Shown piece after piece: positions 60,159-64,000 of a DNA stretch of 64,000 nucleotides. Source of the stretch: Myxococcales bacterium (lineage in GTDB: Bacteria; Myxococcota_A; Polyangia; Polyangiales; DASUME01); NCBI GenBank assembly GCA_047601445.1, contig JASGJH010000001.1, positions 4,160,001 through 4,224,000 of the forward strand. Direction: 5' to 3'. The position numbers were made by a program, and so were the translations under genes. The notes beneath the pieces are model-generated. The model made no database searches, had not been told where the DNA came from, and saw only the letters and a program-made list of their open reading frames with translations. Positions within the stretch are counted from its first letter, which is position 1, and each line of letters starts with the position of its first letter.

Positions 60159-61060
60159 GCTCCATCAAGGGCTGGCGGCGCCCTTCACCGCCAAAGGGAT
60201 ATCCGCGAGGCTACCTTCCAGATCCAGAACGCCAAGATGTCTTCGATCCAGCGCTCAAGCACCATCCCAATGCGTTCGTGAAGGCAGAGCCCGAGTTCAG
60301 CAATGTCGCCGAACGGCTCGCGTTCCAGAAGGCGCGCGCGCGTGTGCTCGAGATCGCTGTGGCTGCCCTGGCTGACTCTAAAGTGCGCGACCACTTGGTC
60401 GTGCGAGGCAGCATCACGCTGCAGCACTGGTTCGGCTCACTCGCGCGCCCAGCGAAAGACATCGATCTGGTCGTCGTCCCGGCTGCGTGGAAGCCGACCA
60501 GTGCAGAGGCGACGAAACTGCTGACCGCGATTCAAGACTGTGTATGCCGAGCCTTGGTCGAGGCGCACGTTGGGCCAATCGCGGACGGCGTGCGGATCGA
60601 CTCGATCTGGACGTACGAACGGGCCGAGGGACGGCGGCTATCGTTTCTGTGGATCTGGAACGACATGCAGCCGGAGCAGTTGCAGATCGACGTCGTATTC
60701 TGCGAGCCGCTGCAGACCGCACCGATCCTCGAGTCGCTGACGTACGGCTCGCTGTGGTTCGCGTCCCAGTCCGAATCGTTGGCATGGAAGCTCCTGTGGC
60801 TGGAGTCCGATTTCCATCCCCAAGCCAAGGATCTCTACGACGCCATTTTGCTCGCGGAAGCCACATCGCTCCCGCTCTCGTTGTTGCGCAAGGTCTTCCA
60901 GGGCAAGGACAGGGACTGGGATGCTCGGTACGAAGATCCAGCCTTCGTGATCGACTGGGACGTCCCCAGCGAAGACATCGTCGTCAGCTGCCCGGAGCTC
61001 GCTCCTCCCACGGGCCCCGAGGGACTCGTGCGCCTGCGAGATGCTCTGAGGTTCGTCTAG
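60155..61060 (+). CDS. AbiEii/AbiGii (DUF1814)-like nucleotidyltransferase
   Basis: LVVRGS...RPAKDIDL (GS + DxD), LQIDV, SLAWK...KDLYD; ATG 60155. Confidence 0.8.
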   Translation: MSSIKGWRRPSPPKGYPRGYLPDPERQDVFDPALKHHPNAFVKAEPEFSNVAERLAFQKARARVLEIAVAALADSKVRDHLVVRGSITLQHWFGSLARPAKDIDLVVVPAAWKPTSAEATKLLTAIQDCVCRALVEAHVGPIADGVRIDSIWTYERAEGRRLSFLWIWNDMQPEQLQIDVVFCEPLQTAPILESLTYGSLWFASQSESLAWKLLWLESDFHPQAKDLYDAILLAEATSLPLSLLRKVFQGKDRDWDARYEDPAFVIDWDVPSEDIVVSCPELAPPTGPEGLVRLRDALRFV

Positions 61061-61269
61061 CCGTAGCTCCCCCTGTGCCCTCGGTGCACCGCGACCTCTA
61101 TCCGGAGGGCGGCGGGCCCCAGGAAAACAGGAGCCATGGGGTAGGCGCCTCACTCGGCGCGTTCATTTGGCCCGCCGCGTCAGCCGCGCCCCGCCGGAGC
61201 TCCGGCCGGAGCCCAGATCGAGACGGCCCGGCTGGGTCGTAAAACAGGAATTACTGCCCAAGAGGAGAG

Positions 61270-61287
61270 TTGGGAATTAGTTCCCAA
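61270..61287. promoter_or_regulatory. Palindromic operator-like site upstream of the RND gene
   Basis: TTGGGAA-TTAG-TTCCCAA, perfect 7-bp inverted repeat in an AT-rich patch. Confidence 0.55.
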
Positions 61288-61335
61288 TACAGAGATTAAT
61301 TTCGATATTGGAAAAACCGGCGTAAAACCGCTCCC

Positions 61336-64000
61336 ATGTTCGCGCGATTTCTACACCGGCCTGCACTGGCGATCGTAATTTCGCTACTCATTCTATTCAT
61401 GGGTGGCCTCTCGATCAAGATGCTGCCGATCTCGCAGTTTCCCGACGTCGCGCCGCCCACAGTGCGCGTGTCGGTGTCCTATCCGGGCGCCAGCGCCAAG
61501 ATCCTGGTCGATTCGACGTTGACCATCCTGGAGCAGGCCATCAACGGCGTCCCCTACATGCGTTACATGACGGGCGACGCCACCAGCGCCGGCGAAGGGA
61601 CGATCACCATCATCTTCGAGCCGGGCACGGACCCGGACAACGCGGTCATGCAGGTGAACAACCGCGTTCTGGCGGTGAAGAACCAGCTCCCTGAGATCGT
61701 GCAGCGCGAGGGCCTCATCGTTCTGCAGAACATGACCAGCATGCTGATGTACGTGAACGTCTTCAGCACGGACCCCACGGTCGACCAGAACTTTTTGTAC
61801 AACTTCACGGCCGTCAACATCCAGCGCGACCTCAAGCGCATCCCAGGCGTGGGTCGCGCCGAGATCCTCGGCAACCGCGCCTACGCCATGCGCGTCGAGC
61901 TGGATCCCGACCGCATGCGCGCCTACCGGGTGTCCGCCGAAGACGTCATGAAGGCCCTCGCCGACCAGAGCATGATCGGCTCGCCCGGACGACTCGGCCA
62001 GGCCACGGGAAAGAAGTCGCAGACCCTCGAATACGTGCTGACCTGGATCGGACGCTACACGACCGAGGCGGAGTACGGGGAGATCATCCTGCGAGCCAAC
62101 CCCGACGGCCAAATTCTGAAGCTGAAAGACGTCGCCGAGATCAGCCTGGGCTCGTCCTTTTACGACCTCTACTCGGACCTCGACGGCTACCCCTCGGCAG
62201 CCATCGTGCTCAAGCAAATCCCCGGCTCCAACGCCGCGGACGTCATCAAAGAGGTCAAGGCCAAGCTCGCGGAGATCAAGGGGACGAGTTTCCCGCCGGG
62301 GATGGACTACAAGATCACCTACGACGTTTCGGGCTTCCTCGACGCGTCCATCGAGAAGGTCCTCCACACCCTGTTCGAAGCCTTCATCCTCGTGTCGCTG
62401 GTGGTGTTCCTGTTCCTGGGTGACTTCCGCAGCACCTTGATTCCTACCCTGGCTGTTCCCGTCTCGTTGATCGGAACCTTCTTCTTCATGCGCGCCTTCG
62501 GCATGTCGATCAACTTGATCACGCTCTTCGCGTTGGTGCTCGCGATCGGCGTCGTGGTGGATGACGCCATCGTGGTGGTCGAGGCCGTGCACGAGAAGAT
62601 GGCCACCAAACACCTCTCGCCCTACGACGCCACCATGGAGGTCGTGCACGAGATCAGCGGCGCCATCATCGCTATTACTCTCGTGATGACCGCCGTGTTC
62701 ATCCCCGTGACCTTCGTTCCCGGGCCGGTGGGTGTGTTCTACCGCCAGTTCGGCATCACCATGGCCACGGCCATCGTGCTCTCTGGTCTGGTCGCCCTGA
62801 CGCTCACGCCGGTGCTCTGCGCGATGATCCTGAAGCCGCACGGTCACGGCGAAGCGCCCTCGGGGCTGCTCGGCATCGTGAGCCGTCGTATCGATGCATC
62901 AGGCAGCAAGGCTCCCGTCGTGCGTGCCGTGGCCAGCGCGCTGCTCGGTCTCATCGTCGCGGTCGCTGCCTACTTCACGCTTCACAACGAGGTCGTCCAC
63001 GAGCTGGTCAGCGAGCAGGTCGAGCTCACGTCGGTCAAGGTCCTCGTGATCACCGCTATCGTCGCGGTGTTCGCTTTCTTGTCGTTCCGCGCCAAGCTCT
63101 CGGGAAGCGATGCCGCGGGCGAGCAGAAGCGCGGACCGATCGGGGTTTTCCTGAAGCACTTCGACCGCGCAGTGAACAAGGTCACCGCCGTCTACGCGGC
63201 CATCGTGGGGCGGATCATCTCGCGACGCCTCCTCACCATGCTCATCATCGGCGGGTTCTGCTTCGGCATTCTGACCGTGAACAAGGTGCTTCCCAGCGGC
63301 TTCATCCCGCTGGAAGACCAGGGCATGATCTACGGCATCATCCAGACGCCCCCGGGTTCGACGCTCGAGTACACCAACTCCAAGAGCCATGAGCTGGCCG
63401 AACTCGCCCGCGAGTTGGAAGAGGTGACCGCCGTCGCTTCGGTTGCCGGTTACGAGGTTCTCACCGAGGGACGTGGTTCCAACTCGGGCACCGTGCTCAT
63501 CAACTTGAAGCCATGGGCCGAGCGCAAGAGCACGTCCAAGCAGATCATCGAAGAGCTCGAGCACCGAGGGAAGAAGATCGCCAACGTCAAGCTCGAGTTC
63601 TTCGAGCCACCCGCGGTCCCGGGCTTCGGTGTGGCCGGCGGCTTCACGGTCAACCTGCTCGATAAGACGAACAGCTCGGGCTACGGAGGGCTCGCGGAGC
63701 AGACGGAAAAGTTCATGAAGGCCTTGTCCGAGCGCAAGGAGCTCAAGGGTCTGTTCACCTTCTTTGCCTCCACGTACCCGCAGTACGAGATCCTGATCGA
63801 CAATCGGGCAGCCATGCAGAAGGGCGTGTCGATCCGCGACGCGATGGACAACCTTTCCATCATGGTGGGTAGCACCTGGGAGCAGGGCTTCGTGCGCTTC
63901 GGCCAGTTCTACAAGGTCTACGTGCAAGCCAAGCCGGAGTTTCGGCGCTTCCCCAAGGACCTCGACAACTTCTTCGTCAAGAACGACAAGGGCGACATGG
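61336..64000 (+). CDS. RND efflux transporter permease (HAE1/AcrB family); 3' end runs off the window
   Basis: Read by hand, absent from the ORF track: MFARFLHRPALAIVIS...LPISQFPDVAPP, YPGASA, VLAIGVVVDDAIVVVE, ALTLTPVLCA, GFIPLEDQG. Confidence 0.95.
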   Translation, partial: MFARFLHRPALAIVISLLILFMGGLSIKMLPISQFPDVAPPTVRVSVSYPGASAKILVDSTLTILEQAINGVPYMRYMTGDATSAGEGTITIIFEPGTDPDNAVMQVNNRVLAVKNQLPEIVQREGLIVLQNMTSMLMYVNVFSTDPTVDQNFLYNFTAVNIQRDLKRIPGVGRAEILGNRAYAMRVELDPDRMRAYRVSAEDVMKALADQSMIGSPGRLGQATGKKSQTLEYVLTWIGRYTTEAEYGEIILRANPDGQILKLKDVAEISLGSSFYDLYSDLDGYPSAAIVLKQIPGSNAADVIKEVKAKLAEIKGTSFPPGMDYKITYDVSGFLDASIEKVLHTLFEAFILVSLVVFLFLGDFRSTLIPTLAVPVSLIGTFFFMRAFGMSINLITLFALVLAIGVVVDDAIVVVEAVHEKMATKHLSPYDATMEVVHEISGAIIAITLVMTAVFIPVTFVPGPVGVFYRQFGITMATAIVLSGLVALTLTPVLCAMILKPHGHGEAPSGLLGIVSRRIDASGSKAPVVRAVASALLGLIVAVAAYFTLHNEVVHELVSEQVELTSVKVLVITAIVAVFAFLSFRAKLSGSDAAGEQKRGPIGVFLKHFDRAVNKVTAVYAAIVGRIISRRLLTMLIIGGFCFGILTVNKVLPSGFIPLEDQGMIYGIIQTPPGSTLEYTNSKSHELAELARELEEVTAVASVAGYEVLTEGRGSNSGTVLINLKPWAERKSTSKQIIEELEHRGKKIANVKLEFFEPPAVPGFGVAGGFTVNLLDKTNSSGYGGLAEQTEKFMKALSERKELKGLFTFFASTYPQYEILIDNRAAMQKGVSIRDAMDNLSIMVGSTWEQGFVRFGQFYKVYVQAKPEFRRFPKDLDNFFVKNDKGDM

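Overview
High-GC bacterial DNA with a myxobacterial signature (Myxococcota, probably Polyangia; inferred from CDDGN cysteine-rich repeats, a Ser/Thr kinase-ATPase fusion, many lipoproteins with D-A-G linkers and sigma54-type promoters). In order: a partial lipoprotein and a gene remnant; a hybrid histidine kinase and a large Ser/Thr kinase; a 13-gene minus-strand anaerobic-type corrin-ring operon (cbiX-ferredoxin, DUF3209, FNR-like reductase, cbiD, cbiC, cbiET, cbiL, cbiG, cbiH, unknown gene, cbiF, cbiA, Ni/Co permease) behind a cobalamin riboswitch, with no cbiJ/cobK; a quinol-dependent NO reductase divergent from a small His-rich secreted protein; three Cys-rich lipoproteins; an MFS transporter; a LuxR / GT2-TPR glycosyltransferase / two (Gly-Ala-Thr)n collagen-like lipoprotein module; assorted membrane and catabolic genes (YoaK, ALDH, GMC oxidase, sphingomyelinase-like lipoprotein, P450, GH76-CBM6); a divergent ECF sigma factor; an AbiEii-like nucleotidyltransferase coupled to an atypical partner; and a partial AcrB-type RND pump. 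I saw no tRNA, rRNA, CRISPR array, integrase or transposase. Best candidates for undescribed biology: the collagen glycosylation module, the apparent CbiJ replacement and unknown genes of the B12 operon, the nucleotidyltransferase pair, and a structured intergenic leader near 40.0 kb. All family calls come from recognising motifs by eye; no database search was run.
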